Notes: a model not told the origin generated them from the sequence alone. Positions 1 through 9,151 are shown, counted from the stretch's first letter. The stretch is 56,369 bases of DNA from a virus (IMGVR_UViG_3300027573_000035:1-56369); one strand, 5' to 3'. Program-made: numbers and translations.

Positions 1-192
1 GGATTTGATAAGGTGCCAATGACAAATGGAAAGGAAACAAGTGTCATTTTGTGCTTTCAGGCTGAAATATTTCCAAATGATTATGTTGATGCAAGCATTT
101 ATGAATTTATCATTTTTGATGAATTTTCTGATGATGTCCTTGATGCCTATAATGAAGTTGTTTCACTGATTAAAGAAAATAAAAAATCATGA
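1..192 (+). CDS. 3' part of hypothetical protein spanning the genome junction (continues from 56220)
   Basis: Frame 1 open from base 1 (GFDKVPMT...) to TGA 190-192; window end reads ...GTIGF in frame from ATG 56220; GGATTT at both ends. Confidence 0.75.
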   Translation, partial: GFDKVPMTNGKETSVILCFQAEIFPNDYVDASIYEFIIFDEFSDDVLDAYNEVVSLIKENKKS

Positions 193-344
193 ATAACTTT
201 TTCTGCATGTTAGGTCTTCATGATTGGTATTATGGATATTTTAATGCCAAGGAAAAAAGGTATGAAAGGCACTGCATTCATTGTGACAAAAAACAATATG
301 TGAAAGGTGATGAACAAAAAAGTAAATGGACAACATTCAAATAA
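189..344 (+). CDS. small Cys/His phage protein (DUF1660-like)
   Basis: Manually translated 51 aa MNNFFCMLGLHDW...RHCIHCDK; ATGA overlap with upstream stop. Confidence 0.65.
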   Translation: MNNFFCMLGLHDWYYGYFNAKEKRYERHCIHCDKKQYVKGDEQKSKWTTFK

Positions 345-1036
345 AAATTCCACTGCAATCATATGGATTGGGTGACATCATTTTCTGCATGTCAATTATT
401 AATAAATGGATTAATGATGGCTGTCATGTCATTTGGGGTGTTGAACCTGTTTATCTGCCAATTGCCAAACATTTTCCATGGATTATCTTCATTGACAAGA
501 ATTTATTAAATATTGATTATAACATCAAGGAAACAGTGACAACCGGAAATGCAAAAATTATTCCTTTAAGGTGGAGCAATGACATTCAAAAAGTTTCATA
601 TGATTTTGTGATGTCTTCAAAATATGACATGATGGATTTAAATTGGAAGGAATGGAAAAAAGGTTTTTCATGCAACAGGGATTATGAATCAGAACATAAA
701 TTGTATTTTGATGTGTTGGGTTTACAATTAAATGAAAAATATAATCTGATAAGTGAACATTACCAGACAGCAGGAAAAATCCATTCACCATTGCATGTTG
801 ATAATGGTTTGAAAAATGTTCAAATGAAATTTATAAATGGTTTTACCATGTTTGATTGGCTGACGGTTATGCAGAATGCCACCACTATTCATGCAGTTGC
901 ATCAAGTAATATTTATTTATTTGAATTGTATGAAATGGATGCAAAAGAAATTCATCTTTATCCAAGAAAACCTGAAGAAAACAATCATGACCATTATAAA
1001 TATTTACTTACTAAAAAATATCAGTATCATGACTAA
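326..1036 (+). CDS. putative glycosyltransferase (GT-B fold, GT9-like)
   Basis: N-terminal GLGDIIF motif and C-terminal IHAVASS segment resembling the GT9 DSG region; 236 aa. Confidence 0.55.
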   Translation: MDNIQIKIPLQSYGLGDIIFCMSIINKWINDGCHVIWGVEPVYLPIAKHFPWIIFIDKNLLNIDYNIKETVTTGNAKIIPLRWSNDIQKVSYDFVMSSKYDMMDLNWKEWKKGFSCNRDYESEHKLYFDVLGLQLNEKYNLISEHYQTAGKIHSPLHVDNGLKNVQMKFINGFTMFDWLTVMQNATTIHAVASSNIYLFELYEMDAKEIHLYPRKPEENNHDHYKYLLTKKYQYHD

Positions 1037-1286
1037 CAAACAATTGTTATATAATAAACTTCATGCATTAAGACTTGAAGTGGATGGTTCAATTGTTGAT
1101 GATATCACTGCAACAGTTGATGCAGTCTTTGCAGAACATGAACAAGATGTCAAAGATGCATTCAATGCAGGCAAGGAAAAGGAAGGAAGGCAAACATTGA
1201 AAGGATTTAATGGTGATAAAGGTTTTATTGTTTTTCCTGATAAATACAAAACATTTGAAGATTATAAAAACCAAAAAAATAAATAA
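1029..1286 (+). CDS. hypothetical protein
   Basis: ORF 876..1286; ATG 1029 overlapping the upstream stop is the likelier start. Confidence 0.65.
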   Translation: MTNKQLLYNKLHALRLEVDGSIVDDITATVDAVFAEHEQDVKDAFNAGKEKEGRQTLKGFNGDKGFIVFPDKYKTFEDYKNQKNK

Positions 1287-1609
1287 TGGAAAACATGTTG
1301 CCACCAAAAGAAGTATTTTTTAAAGTATTTGTGTTTGCAAAAAAAGGTTCATCTGAAAAAGTAGTTTTATCAGTGCCAATGACAGAAGATAAAGCTGATG
1401 CAATTGAAAGATTAAGAACATGCACAATGGAACTTGGACGTGATTTAGGTGGTGAATGGCATCAGGTTGATTTTTTGATTTTTGGTGAATTTATCAGGTT
1501 CAATGATAAGGTGATTTTTAATGGCAAAAGGAAAGATTATAAAAGAAACCATGATATTATTCAAATGATAAAAAGTTTCAGACAATTCTTAAATAGTAGA
1601 TTATCATAA
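1286..1609 (+). CDS. hypothetical protein
   Basis: 107 aa ORF coupled to upstream stop (TAATG). Confidence 0.7.
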   Translation: MENMLPPKEVFFKVFVFAKKGSSEKVVLSVPMTEDKADAIERLRTCTMELGRDLGGEWHQVDFLIFGEFIRFNDKVIFNGKRKDYKRNHDIIQMIKSFRQFLNSRLS

Positions 1610-1629
1610 AACCAATAAAAACAAAAAAA

Positions 1630-2034
1630 ATGAAAGTACCTGAAAGGTTTAGAGTAAAGAAAGGAATTTTTGCAAGTGACCGGTCATTTGACAACAATGG
1701 TTGCTTCCTGATTCCACACCAGAAGATTGATGGATATTCATACTGGGTGCAGGCATCAGATGGAAGTCCTGAAGTTCCATGGCAACATGTATCTGTTTCA
1801 TTAAGGACTGCAAAAAAGTTGGTTCACAGGTGTCCAACATGGGAAGACATGTGCTGGATAAAAAATCAATTCTGGGAACCTGAAGAAGCAGTGTTTCAAA
1901 TTCATCCACCTGCTTCACAGAATGTTTCATTGGCTGACTTTTGCCTTCATTTGTGGAAGCCTTTGTCATTTGTCTTTATGTTGCCACCATCAATTGCAGT
2001 TGGTCCTGAATCGGCTATAAAGGCACCTTTATGA
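1630..2034 (+). CDS. conserved phage protein (WxHVSVS...PTWxxMC family)
   Basis: Motifs WQHVSVS, RCPTWEDMCWIK, QIHPP, CLHLW; AAACCAATAAAA leader. Confidence 0.75.
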   Translation: MKVPERFRVKKGIFASDRSFDNNGCFLIPHQKIDGYSYWVQASDGSPEVPWQHVSVSLRTAKKLVHRCPTWEDMCWIKNQFWEPEEAVFQIHPPASQNVSLADFCLHLWKPLSFVFMLPPSIAVGPESAIKAPL

Positions 2035-2243
2035 TGCAAGCAAAAATGAAACCTGATGACATCATAAAGGATTCAGAAATCATTGGAACAGTTAAGTTAT
2101 GTTTGTGTGACAAGTTGCTTGAATCTGAAAAGTTTGAAAGCAGGACAGAAAGGCAAATCATCATGCTTCAATGGAAAGACAAATACCATCTGAATCAGGA
2201 CCGTGACAACAGTGCATTTTATTTTGTTGTTGAATTATATTAA
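2031..2243 (+). CDS. hypothetical protein
   Basis: 70 aa ORF, ATGA overlap. Confidence 0.6.
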   Translation: MMQAKMKPDDIIKDSEIIGTVKLCLCDKLLESEKFESRTERQIIMLQWKDKYHLNQDRDNSAFYFVVELY

Positions 2244-2247
2244 AGTT

Positions 2248-2508
2248 ATGGAACAACTGACACAAGAAATCTTGATTAAATATGGATTTAAAGAATATCA
2301 ATCTATTATTCATACAAGATTCAGGATTGATTATGGTGCATTTTATTTTGAATTGATGAAAATGAATGAAGGTGGTTGGCATATTAAAATATCAAACCAT
2401 CCATTTGAAGAAAACCAGCCTGAAGTTGGACTTGGAATCATAAAATACTGCTATCAATTAGCCAATATTTATCATGCAATAACAGGGAATAATTTAAAAA
2501 CCAATTAA
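2248..2508 (+). CDS. hypothetical phage protein
   Basis: LTQEILIKYGF...QLANIYHAITG pattern; ATG 2248 just after upstream stop. Confidence 0.7.
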   Translation: MEQLTQEILIKYGFKEYQSIIHTRFRIDYGAFYFELMKMNEGGWHIKISNHPFEENQPEVGLGIIKYCYQLANIYHAITGNNLKTN

Positions 2509-2518
2509 ACAAATCAAA

Positions 2519-3004
2519 ATGAGCAAAAAAGAAAAAATGGAAAATCAGACCAAACAGGAAGAAAGCAATGAAAAAAAAGTATTTAAAAACGTTACAGGTG
2601 AAGACATGCCTGATTATCCTGAAGTGCAGGAAGCTTCCAAAAAACTTCATGCCTTTGTCAATGACCTTAAAAAGCAGATTAAAGATGCAGGTTATGTTGG
2701 TGTTGTGATGATTGGTAATGCAGCAAAAATCAGTATTGAAAAACTGCCTGAAAAAGAAAAAATCAAATGCCTGCTTCAAGTGGTGACCGGCAAAACAATG
2801 ATTGCACCTTTCACCATGTTTTATGAAACTGAAGACAGTCCAATGGAACTGAATCATGATGCAGGAAGGTTTGAAGCCAATGCTTCAATCCACATGGTAC
2901 GGTCATTTATTGAATCCATGGAAGATGAAATGCACCACCACAAGAACCTGCTGATTGGTATGCAGTTGCATAAATTTATGCAGACAATATTGGAAGATGA
3001 ATAA
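2519..3004 (+). CDS. hypothetical protein
   Basis: 161 aa ORF with AAACCAATTAAA leader. Confidence 0.7.
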   Translation: MSKKEKMENQTKQEESNEKKVFKNVTGEDMPDYPEVQEASKKLHAFVNDLKKQIKDAGYVGVVMIGNAAKISIEKLPEKEKIKCLLQVVTGKTMIAPFTMFYETEDSPMELNHDAGRFEANASIHMVRSFIESMEDEMHHHKNLLIGMQLHKFMQTILEDE

Positions 3005-3024
3005 GGCTAATTGCGTAAACCAAG

Positions 3025-3050
3025 ACCGGCACAACCTGCCGGTTTTTTTT
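3025..3050 (+). terminator. intrinsic terminator (ACCGGCA family)
   Basis: ACCGGCA-caacc-TGCCGGT followed by T tract. Confidence 0.8.
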
Positions 3051-3064
3051 CTGCCTGAAAAAAA

Positions 3065-3107
3065 GTCAAAATAAATTTGGACGGTAAATCAGGAACAGGT
3101 ATTTTTG
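3065..3107 (+). promoter_or_regulatory. Bacteroidota-type promoter with 18-bp palindromic operator
   Basis: GTCAAAATAAATTTGGAC 3065-3082 containing TTTG; 20-nt spacer; TATTTTTG 3100-3107. Confidence 0.75.
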
Positions 3108-3131
3108 GCAAAACTTTTAAAATTTAAGATT

Positions 3132-3610
3132 ATGACAACATGCACAACTTGTGGACAAATCATCAATGAAGTGGTGACCATTGATGGTCTTCCTTATGCA
3201 CCACATGTGCCGAAAATAAGCTTGGAATCAGGCAGTTTCCTTCATGGTTCAAAACAGGTGATTGGAACAAGGCAAAGGCAGACCATGATGCAAGGCAGGC
3301 AAAGCAGGCAATTGAATTTCAGGAAAGCAGGAAAATCACATCTGAAGCATGGTCTGAATTTATGTTGCTTTCAACAGCATATGTTGAACAATACCTGAAA
3401 GGCAATACATGGGCATTTGAATTTATTTCATCAGTGATGAAGCAGTGTGGATATTACACCATTGCATCAGGTTATTATTTTGACACCATGGAAGAAGCTG
3501 AAGCCAATTGGCAACCATCTTCAGGAAGTTTCCCTTATTTCATTAAACTGCCAAAAAGAATCAGTGACCTTTCACCTAAACAGCAGGCATTGCTGAATAA
3601 ATTCATCTAA
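3132..3610 (+). pseudogene. zinc-finger protein gene split by a 1-nt deletion (or sequencing error)
   Basis: Adding one G at ~3198 gives CTTCG...YGTTCAENKLG... continuous into ORF 3362..3610. Confidence 0.7.
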
Positions 3611-3634
3611 TCAAAAACCAATAAAATCACCTTT

Positions 3635-3910
3635 ATGAAACAGACCTTTTTTGCCTTTTGCTTTCCACACATTGCTGAAATGACATCAGATGACCAACAG
3701 GACATCAATGACCTTTGTTTGGTCATTGCACGTTATAATCAGCATGTGTTGGAAGGAAACAACAACCGATATCACATTTCTGAATGGATTAATGGTTTGA
3801 TGCCATGGAAATTCATTTTTGGATATTCAAAACCTGATGAAATCACTGTTGAATTTAGGCAAGTTGGACAGGCAGCAGGCACCATCAAATTTTTTGAAGT
3901 CAATTCTTAA
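3635..3910 (+). CDS. hypothetical protein
   Basis: 91 aa ORF with AAACCAATAAAA leader. Confidence 0.7.
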   Translation: MKQTFFAFCFPHIAEMTSDDQQDINDLCLVIARYNQHVLEGNNNRYHISEWINGLMPWKFIFGYSKPDEITVEFRQVGQAAGTIKFFEVNS

Positions 3911-3936
3911 TTTAAAACCAAATAAAAACAAAAACC

Positions 3937-4440
3937 ATGTCAAAAAAAATCACAGTAAAAATCATGACAACAGAAATCAAGTTAATTGAAACAGGCAATC
4001 CTGAAGCCAAAAAATACAGGGTGACCGTGAATGGTTTTGACCAATTCACACCATTTGATGATGAAGTGAAAGCCAAGGCAGCAGCCTTTGACAAAGCACT
4101 TTCAGCACAAATGGACGGCAAAATTCACCTGTCTTATATTTCAAACCTGTTCATTAAAGAACCAACACCTGAACCAACCAAACCTGAAGAAAAGGAACCA
4201 ACCAAAATCATGATGAAATCAGGTGGCAGTGATTATCCATACTTAAGGTTGTGGTGCAGGATGATGGGAAGCTTTCAGTATTACACTGACTTGCAGATTG
4301 AAAAGGCAAGGAAGATGAAGGCACCTGAAACCACCATTTATTTTGAAAGGGATGTTCCACACATTGCTGAAGACATCCAAAATCCTGAAGTCAGGTGGTT
4401 TTTTGAAAACAATGGATTGAAAATTCCTGAAAAGAAGTAA
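3937..4440 (+). CDS. hypothetical protein, two regions joined by a Pro/Glu/Lys linker
   Basis: 167 aa; KEPTPEPTKPEEKEPT linker; leader motif. Confidence 0.7.
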   Translation: MSKKITVKIMTTEIKLIETGNPEAKKYRVTVNGFDQFTPFDDEVKAKAAAFDKALSAQMDGKIHLSYISNLFIKEPTPEPTKPEEKEPTKIMMKSGGSDYPYLRLWCRMMGSFQYYTDLQIEKARKMKAPETTIYFERDVPHIAEDIQNPEVRWFFENNGLKIPEKK

Positions 4441-4448
4441 AACCCTGA

Positions 4449-4479
4449 AGACCGGCACCAAAAATGCCGGTCTTTTTTT
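4449..4479 (+). terminator. intrinsic terminator (ACCGGCA family)
   Basis: AGACCGGCA/TGCCGGTCT stem plus T tract. Confidence 0.8.
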
Positions 4480-4502
4480 GTCCAAAAATATCTTCCAAAA
4501 AG

Positions 4503-4545
4503 GTCAAAATAAATTTGGTCAACCAAATCAGGAACCTTTATTTTG
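4503..4545 (+). promoter_or_regulatory. promoter with 18-bp operator
   Basis: GTCAAAATAAATTTGGTC; shares AAATCAGGAAC with the 3065 promoter; TTATTTTG variant -7 box. Confidence 0.7.
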
Positions 4546-4581
4546 TACTTTCTTTATTTAAAACCAATAAAATTTCAAGTC

Positions 4582-5445
4582 ATGAAACAAGAAACTTTCA
4601 ACATCAAGACCATTCAGCAGGACAATGTTTTCATTAATGTTAGCAAGGAACCAATGCAGGCTTTGACCGGCATGCCTGCCACATCAAGGTTCAGTCATGC
4701 CATCATTGCTGAAGGCAGGGTTGTCAATGTGGTGTCAAACAATTATGGTCTGCTGAAAAATGAAAACTTCTTCCTGAAGGCTGAAGAAGCTTTAATCAAT
4801 GCAGACATCAAGTATGACACAAGGTCCATCAACAGGATGAATGAATCATTTGCTGTTGACTACATCCTGAATGATGACAGCTACATCATCAAGGTTAAAG
4901 GTTCAGATGACCAAATTCAACCAATGTTGCGTTATACCAATTCATATGCAGGTGGTCCAACCACTGCCAATTTTGGTTTCTTCAGGAAAATCTGTTCAAA
5001 TGGTTTGACCATCTGCCAAACCAAAATAGGCTTTTCAGTTAGGCACAACAGCATGGTCAATGAAGTGGTCATCCCTAAAATTGCTGAAACCATTGAAAAG
5101 TTCATGGATAATGAATTTTATTCCCTGCACAAAAAATTTGAAGTGTTGGCTGAAACTTCCATCACGGACCTTGAAGGTTTTGTGAAGTATGTTGCCACCA
5201 AGCAAGACTTATTCATGTATGAAATGTCAGAAAAAAACCCTGAACCATCTGCCAATGCACGTTTGGTCCTTGACATCATCAGGAATGAAGCAAAGGCACT
5301 TGACATGCAGCCTTCATTGTGGTTGGGTTATAATGCCTTTAATGAATTTCTTCATGGCAAGTTGAAGAAGTCCTTTGCAGACCAACAAAGGTTGGACAGC
5401 AGGTTGTTCAGTGGTATTGTAGAAATGGCAATGCCTTCAAATTAA
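4582..5445 (+). CDS. DUF932/DUF945-like phage protein
   Basis: VVSNNYGLLKNE, TNSYAG, FRKICSNGL, RH and SLWLGYNAFNE motifs typical of this family. Confidence 0.75.
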   Translation: MKQETFNIKTIQQDNVFINVSKEPMQALTGMPATSRFSHAIIAEGRVVNVVSNNYGLLKNENFFLKAEEALINADIKYDTRSINRMNESFAVDYILNDDSYIIKVKGSDDQIQPMLRYTNSYAGGPTTANFGFFRKICSNGLTICQTKIGFSVRHNSMVNEVVIPKIAETIEKFMDNEFYSLHKKFEVLAETSITDLEGFVKYVATKQDLFMYEMSEKNPEPSANARLVLDIIRNEAKALDMQPSLWLGYNAFNEFLHGKLKKSFADQQRLDSRLFSGIVEMAMPSN

Positions 5446-5451
5446 CCAACC

Positions 5452-5480
5452 AAGGCTGCACTGTAAAGGTGCAGCCTTTA
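5452..5480 (+). terminator. hairpin / terminator
   Basis: AAGGCTGCAC/GTGCAGCCTT 10-bp stem directly after stop. Confidence 0.6.
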
Positions 5481-5552
5481 CCTTTTATCATCCATACCGG
5501 TTAAAGTGCCTTAAAACGGCTTAAAATCAATAATCCAATAAAATCAAAATTT

Positions 5553-5888
5553 ATGCGACACCTTTTAGACATGGGCAATAAAATTGCAGTCATCACTTAT
5601 GAACAGGAAACACATTTTTCAGATGATATTATCAAGCAGTATCAAAAACTGCTTTACAATGGTTATAAGTCAGCAAACAAGGCTGAAGAACTTGGTGCAG
5701 TCATTGGTGAAAACATCATCAAAATTGAAAAGGTTGAAATTGCCTACATAACACCACCACCACCATCTGCAAACATCAGTTTCAGTGGTGAAGATTATGA
5801 CCTTTTTATCAAGACCATTGAAAGTCTGAAAGTCCTGCATGTCAGCAAAAAGCAATTGACCCTTGCTGATTATATGGCTGACTATTAA
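5553..5888 (+). CDS. hypothetical protein
   Basis: 111 aa ORF with CCAATAAAA leader. Confidence 0.7.
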   Translation: MRHLLDMGNKIAVITYEQETHFSDDIIKQYQKLLYNGYKSANKAEELGAVIGENIIKIEKVEIAYITPPPPSANISFSGEDYDLFIKTIESLKVLHVSKKQLTLADYMADY

Positions 5889-5986
5889 AAAAGAACAACC
5901 TGCCATGTGAACATGCAGGTTGACTACTAAAATGGTATAATACTTAAATTCCGAACAAACACAAAAGTAAAATTTAAAAACTGAAT

Positions 5987-6577
5987 ATGAAAATGGAACT
6001 GAAAGACATCCTGATGAAGCAGATTCAGGAAAGCAATGATGCACTTGCCAACCTTATCAGTGAAAAGGAAGATATTAAACATGCACGTTATCAAAAGGAA
6101 TATCATACACTGCTTGATGCAGCATCAAAGGCAAGGATGAAAATTGACACTGAAATCCAATCCCAATTCAGGGAACAGGAAAACGACATCAGGAACAAAC
6201 TATCAACCCTAAAAAGGAAACATGATGCCATTCTAATCAAGGAATCTGAAGATTTGTGGTTTCCATCAGGCACAAGGGTCACCATATGGGAAAAGGTAAG
6301 GTTTCAGAACATTTTTGAACAGGTTGCAACAGGTACAATTGTCGTTTTTGATGGTACACAAGCAGTTCAGGTAAGTGTAAATCAAATGAAGAACCTGAAA
6401 CTGAAGGCAGGTGACATCATTGTCATCAAGGACCGGAAAGACGGCACAAAAGGACTGATGTTTGACCTTGTAAAATACAGGTGTTCATGGCAGGCAGGAA
6501 TTTTCCTTGCAGAAGGTGAAACAATTGAAAACAACAAGCTTGATGAAATCAGGTTAAAACAACTTACAAAATCATGA
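5987..6577 (+). CDS. hypothetical protein with coiled-coil N-terminus
   Basis: 196 aa ORF. Confidence 0.7.
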   Translation: MKMELKDILMKQIQESNDALANLISEKEDIKHARYQKEYHTLLDAASKARMKIDTEIQSQFREQENDIRNKLSTLKRKHDAILIKESEDLWFPSGTRVTIWEKVRFQNIFEQVATGTIVVFDGTQAVQVSVNQMKNLKLKAGDIIVIKDRKDGTKGLMFDLVKYRCSWQAGIFLAEGETIENNKLDEIRLKQLTKS

Positions 6578-6795
6578 AAAAACAAATGAACATGAATGCA
6601 CTTGAATTGCTTGCTGAAGTAGTTCAAAACCGCAACTGGTATGCAGGTCTGGAAATAGACAGACGTTTGGCAGGTGAATATAAAAGGAACCTTGTCAAAG
6701 GAAAAGTGTCATATGGTAAAGCCTGCCAATTGCTTGAATCACTTGGTTTTTCCAAGGTGAAGGAAGAAACATGGAAAATTGGCATGATGCCTTAA
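6574..6795 (+). CDS. small putative DNA-binding protein
   Basis: 73 aa, basic, helical HTH-like pattern; ATGA overlap. Confidence 0.5.
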   Translation: MKKQMNMNALELLAEVVQNRNWYAGLEIDRRLAGEYKRNLVKGKVSYGKACQLLESLGFSKVKEETWKIGMMP

Positions 6796-6801
6796 ATTAT
6801 T

Positions 6802-7042
6802 AAACTGAAGTCATCCATTATGGCAAATCATAAGCAAAAAAAAATTGAAGATGGTTGGAAGTGTACAAGATGCAATGCATGGATAAAACCATCTTATTGT
6901 GTTTGGTTGGATTTTAGTCAGACAGATGGTAAATATTATTATGATTTGCCTGCCGGTCATGTTTCACAAGGTGGTTTCCCGTTTGGAAAGGATTGCGCCA
7001 AATTGCAAGTCATGGAAGACCAAACTGAAGTCATCCATTATG
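6802..7042 (+). repeat. 21-bp direct repeat AAACTGAAGTCATCCATTATG (6802-6822, 7022-7042)
   Basis: Two exact copies 220 bp apart. Confidence 0.9.
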
Positions 7043-7065
7043 CAGGAATTGAAACCAATCCTTGA
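6820..7065 (+). CDS. small zinc-finger protein
   Basis: CTRC...FGKDCA motifs; 81 aa. Confidence 0.65.
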   Translation: MANHKQKKIEDGWKCTRCNAWIKPSYCVWLDFSQTDGKYYYDLPAGHVSQGGFPFGKDCAKLQVMEDQTEVIHYAGIETNP

Positions 7066-7370
7066 TGGAACTGAAGATGATGGTCACGGCAAAACCAAAT
7101 GACTTCCAATGGTTTTGAATAATCAGGATGATGTGATTCAGACCTTGCTTCACCACATATGCAGCAAGGTCTTTTTTTAATCAATCCCCGTTTAATATGG
7201 GAATGCAGGTAAGACCTTGCATTTTTCTTCATCTTCTGTTCAGGTGTCAGTTCAGCATATTTTGGACGGTTTAAACGCATATAAGCAGCATGACAGGCTT
7301 TACAATATCCCTGACCAAGCCTGCTTGCTTCAATCGGACTGCCACACTTACAATATTGAAACCTGAACAT
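7038..7370 (-). CDS. HNH-like zinc-binding nuclease
   Basis: PCCICG...SHHPDYSKPLEVIWFCRDHH signature of a common phage HNH-like family. Confidence 0.75.
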   Translation of the reverse strand: MFRFQYCKCGSPIEASRLGQGYCKACHAAYMRLNRPKYAELTPEQKMKKNARSYLHSHIKRGLIKKRPCCICGEARSESHHPDYSKPLEVIWFCRDHHLQFHQGLVSIPA

Positions 7371-7473
7371 GACCTTAAAATAATGCAAGCAAGGATAAAT
7401 TGCAACCTGAACAGGAACATTTTTTGATGACCTTCTTCCAATATCCTGTCATTTAATGCATTATAAAAAATAA

Positions 7474-7515
7474 GTCCAAGAAAATTTGGTCATGTCAATT
7501 TATTTGACTATATTG
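7474..7515 (+). promoter_or_regulatory. promoter with 18-bp operator
   Basis: GTCCAAGAAAATTTGGTC, 19-nt spacer, CTATATTG variant -7 box. Confidence 0.6.
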
Positions 7516-7541
7516 ACCTTGAATCTTTTAAAACCAATAAA

Positions 7542-8204
7542 ATGAAACAGTTTAACAAGGCTGAAGCAGAACAGCACATCAACAAACTGCTGAAGAAACA
7601 CAACATTGAAGTGTATGGTTGGTCTTCCACTTCATCAGGCAGGGCAAAGGTTAAATCAAGGAAAGTCAAAATCCCCAAACCAACCAACATTGACAGGTTT
7701 GCCGTTTGCCTGCATGAAATCTTCCATGTCATCAGCAAGAAAGGAAGCAAGTCATTTGAAAAGGAATTTTATTGTGACATGTATGCACTTGACACCCTGA
7801 AGCAGATGAACCTGCCGGTTGACAGGTGGATTATCAGGATGCGTTGGCATGTCTTAAGCAGAATTGCCATGGCACACAACAGGGGTTTGAACCATGCAAA
7901 CATCAACCAAGAAATCAGGCTTTTCTTTTCTGAAATTGACTTTGCAAAATGGATTGGAAAAAAAGTTTATGTTGGTCATAAATATTGGGAATCCAACAAC
8001 CCTGATGACATTGAACTTTATCCCAACATGTCCTTCATCACCATCCAAGTCAAGCTTCAGGAAAAAGGATTCAAGGTTATCAAATCAACTTGTGATGACT
8101 CAACTTATGGAAATTATATTGTGTCAAAAATTCCGGCACCTGTCAAACATGGTGAAGAATTTGAAACCCTGCATGACATCATCAAAGCTTTTAAACTGTC
8201 ATAA
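7542..8204 (+). CDS. putative zincin-like metallopeptidase
   Basis: HEIFH (HEXXH) followed by EKEFYCD; leader motif. Confidence 0.65.
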   Translation: MKQFNKAEAEQHINKLLKKHNIEVYGWSSTSSGRAKVKSRKVKIPKPTNIDRFAVCLHEIFHVISKKGSKSFEKEFYCDMYALDTLKQMNLPVDRWIIRMRWHVLSRIAMAHNRGLNHANINQEIRLFFSEIDFAKWIGKKVYVGHKYWESNNPDDIELYPNMSFITIQVKLQEKGFKVIKSTCDDSTYGNYIVSKIPAPVKHGEEFETLHDIIKAFKLS

Positions 8205-8241
8205 TAAATTTTGACAGTCCAACCCTGAACCCTTACTTTTG
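8198..8241 (+). promoter_or_regulatory. promoter with 18-bp operator
   Basis: (CT)GTCATAATAAATTTTGAC(AG); TTTG-N20-TACTTTTG. Confidence 0.75.
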
Positions 8242-8271
8242 CCTTTTCCTTTAAAATCTAAAATTAACCAC

Positions 8272-8508
8272 ATGCAACAAGAACTGTCCATCATCATTGA
8301 AGCAGATTCAAAACAGGAACTTTATGAAATCAAATCCAAACTGATTGAAGTCATCAATGGTCATGAATACCTTGACCAAAAATGCAAACTTGTCTTCTTC
8401 CATTCAGACCTTCAGAAAAATGCAGAACTTCAGGAATTGGAAGACAATTGGAACATGGGATTGATTGACCGGCAGACATATATGGACATGAAAAAAAAGT
8501 TTTCCTAA
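8272..8508 (+). CDS. hypothetical protein
   Basis: ORF 8239..8508, ATG 8272 downstream of promoter. Confidence 0.65.
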   Translation: MQQELSIIIEADSKQELYEIKSKLIEVINGHEYLDQKCKLVFFHSDLQKNAELQELEDNWNMGLIDRQTYMDMKKKFS

Positions 8509-8597
8509 CTTTGAAATAATAGGAAGCAGGCAGGTTTGAAACCCTTGCCCAAATCCTGAACATTGCCTTTTGTTGGTTAGGCAGGAAAGAAATCAAC

Positions 8598-8629
8598 AAA
8601 AAAGTCATCCCTGTAAGATGACTTTTTTT
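8598..8629. terminator. bidirectional terminator
   Basis: AAAAAAGTCATC-N7-GATGACTTTTTT. Confidence 0.75.
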
Positions 8630-8722
8630 ATGCAATTAATTGATTAACAATACTTATAAAAGTTATCAACAAATGTTGCTGCACAAATTGTGTATTAAAT
8701 TAGCTTTGTTTAAAACTAAACA

Positions 8723-9151
8723 ATGGAAAAGGTTGAACAGGACAATTCGTCAAATAAACGTCTTATCAAAGGTGGCAAGGGTTTATTGAAAGGTGCAAAG
8801 GATGGTGTGCCTTTTACTTCCACCAATCAACCATCAGGTGAAATCAAATCTGCCGGTCAACAGAAAAGAAAATTTTCAAGGCAAATGCTGAAGGAAATGC
8901 TTGACATGCAATACAAGGCAAAGGCACCAATTAAAAAAGAATTGGTTGCTGCATTTGGTCCTGAAATTGAAGGCATGACCATTGGACAAATCATGGGATT
9001 GCGCCAAATGCAAAAGGCTGTCAATGCATGTGATTCAAATGCATTCACTGCTGTCTTAAATCAGGCACTTGGACAACCTAAACAAGAAACTGAAATCACT
9101 GAAAAGAAAATTGTGGTGTCAAGAAAATTAATATCAAGTGAAGGAAGTTGA
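8723..9151 (+). CDS. terS: terminase small subunit (putative)
   Basis: Directly upstream of and overlapping TerL; PFTSTNQP and ALGQPKQ motifs; TAGCTTTG -7 box at 8701. Confidence 0.65.
   Translation: MEKVEQDNSSNKRLIKGGKGLLKGAKDGVPFTSTNQPSGEIKSAGQQKRKFSRQMLKEMLDMQYKAKAPIKKELVAAFGPEIEGMTIGQIMGLRQMQKAVNACDSNAFTAVLNQALGQPKQETEITEKKIVVSRKLISSEGS

Noticed and set aside
5897-5923. Hairpin CAACCTGC..GCAGGTTG with GTGAAC centre as another handle copy
   Set aside because: Apex is 2 nt shorter than GT-TTYY-AC and no clear anti-leader segment is adjacent.
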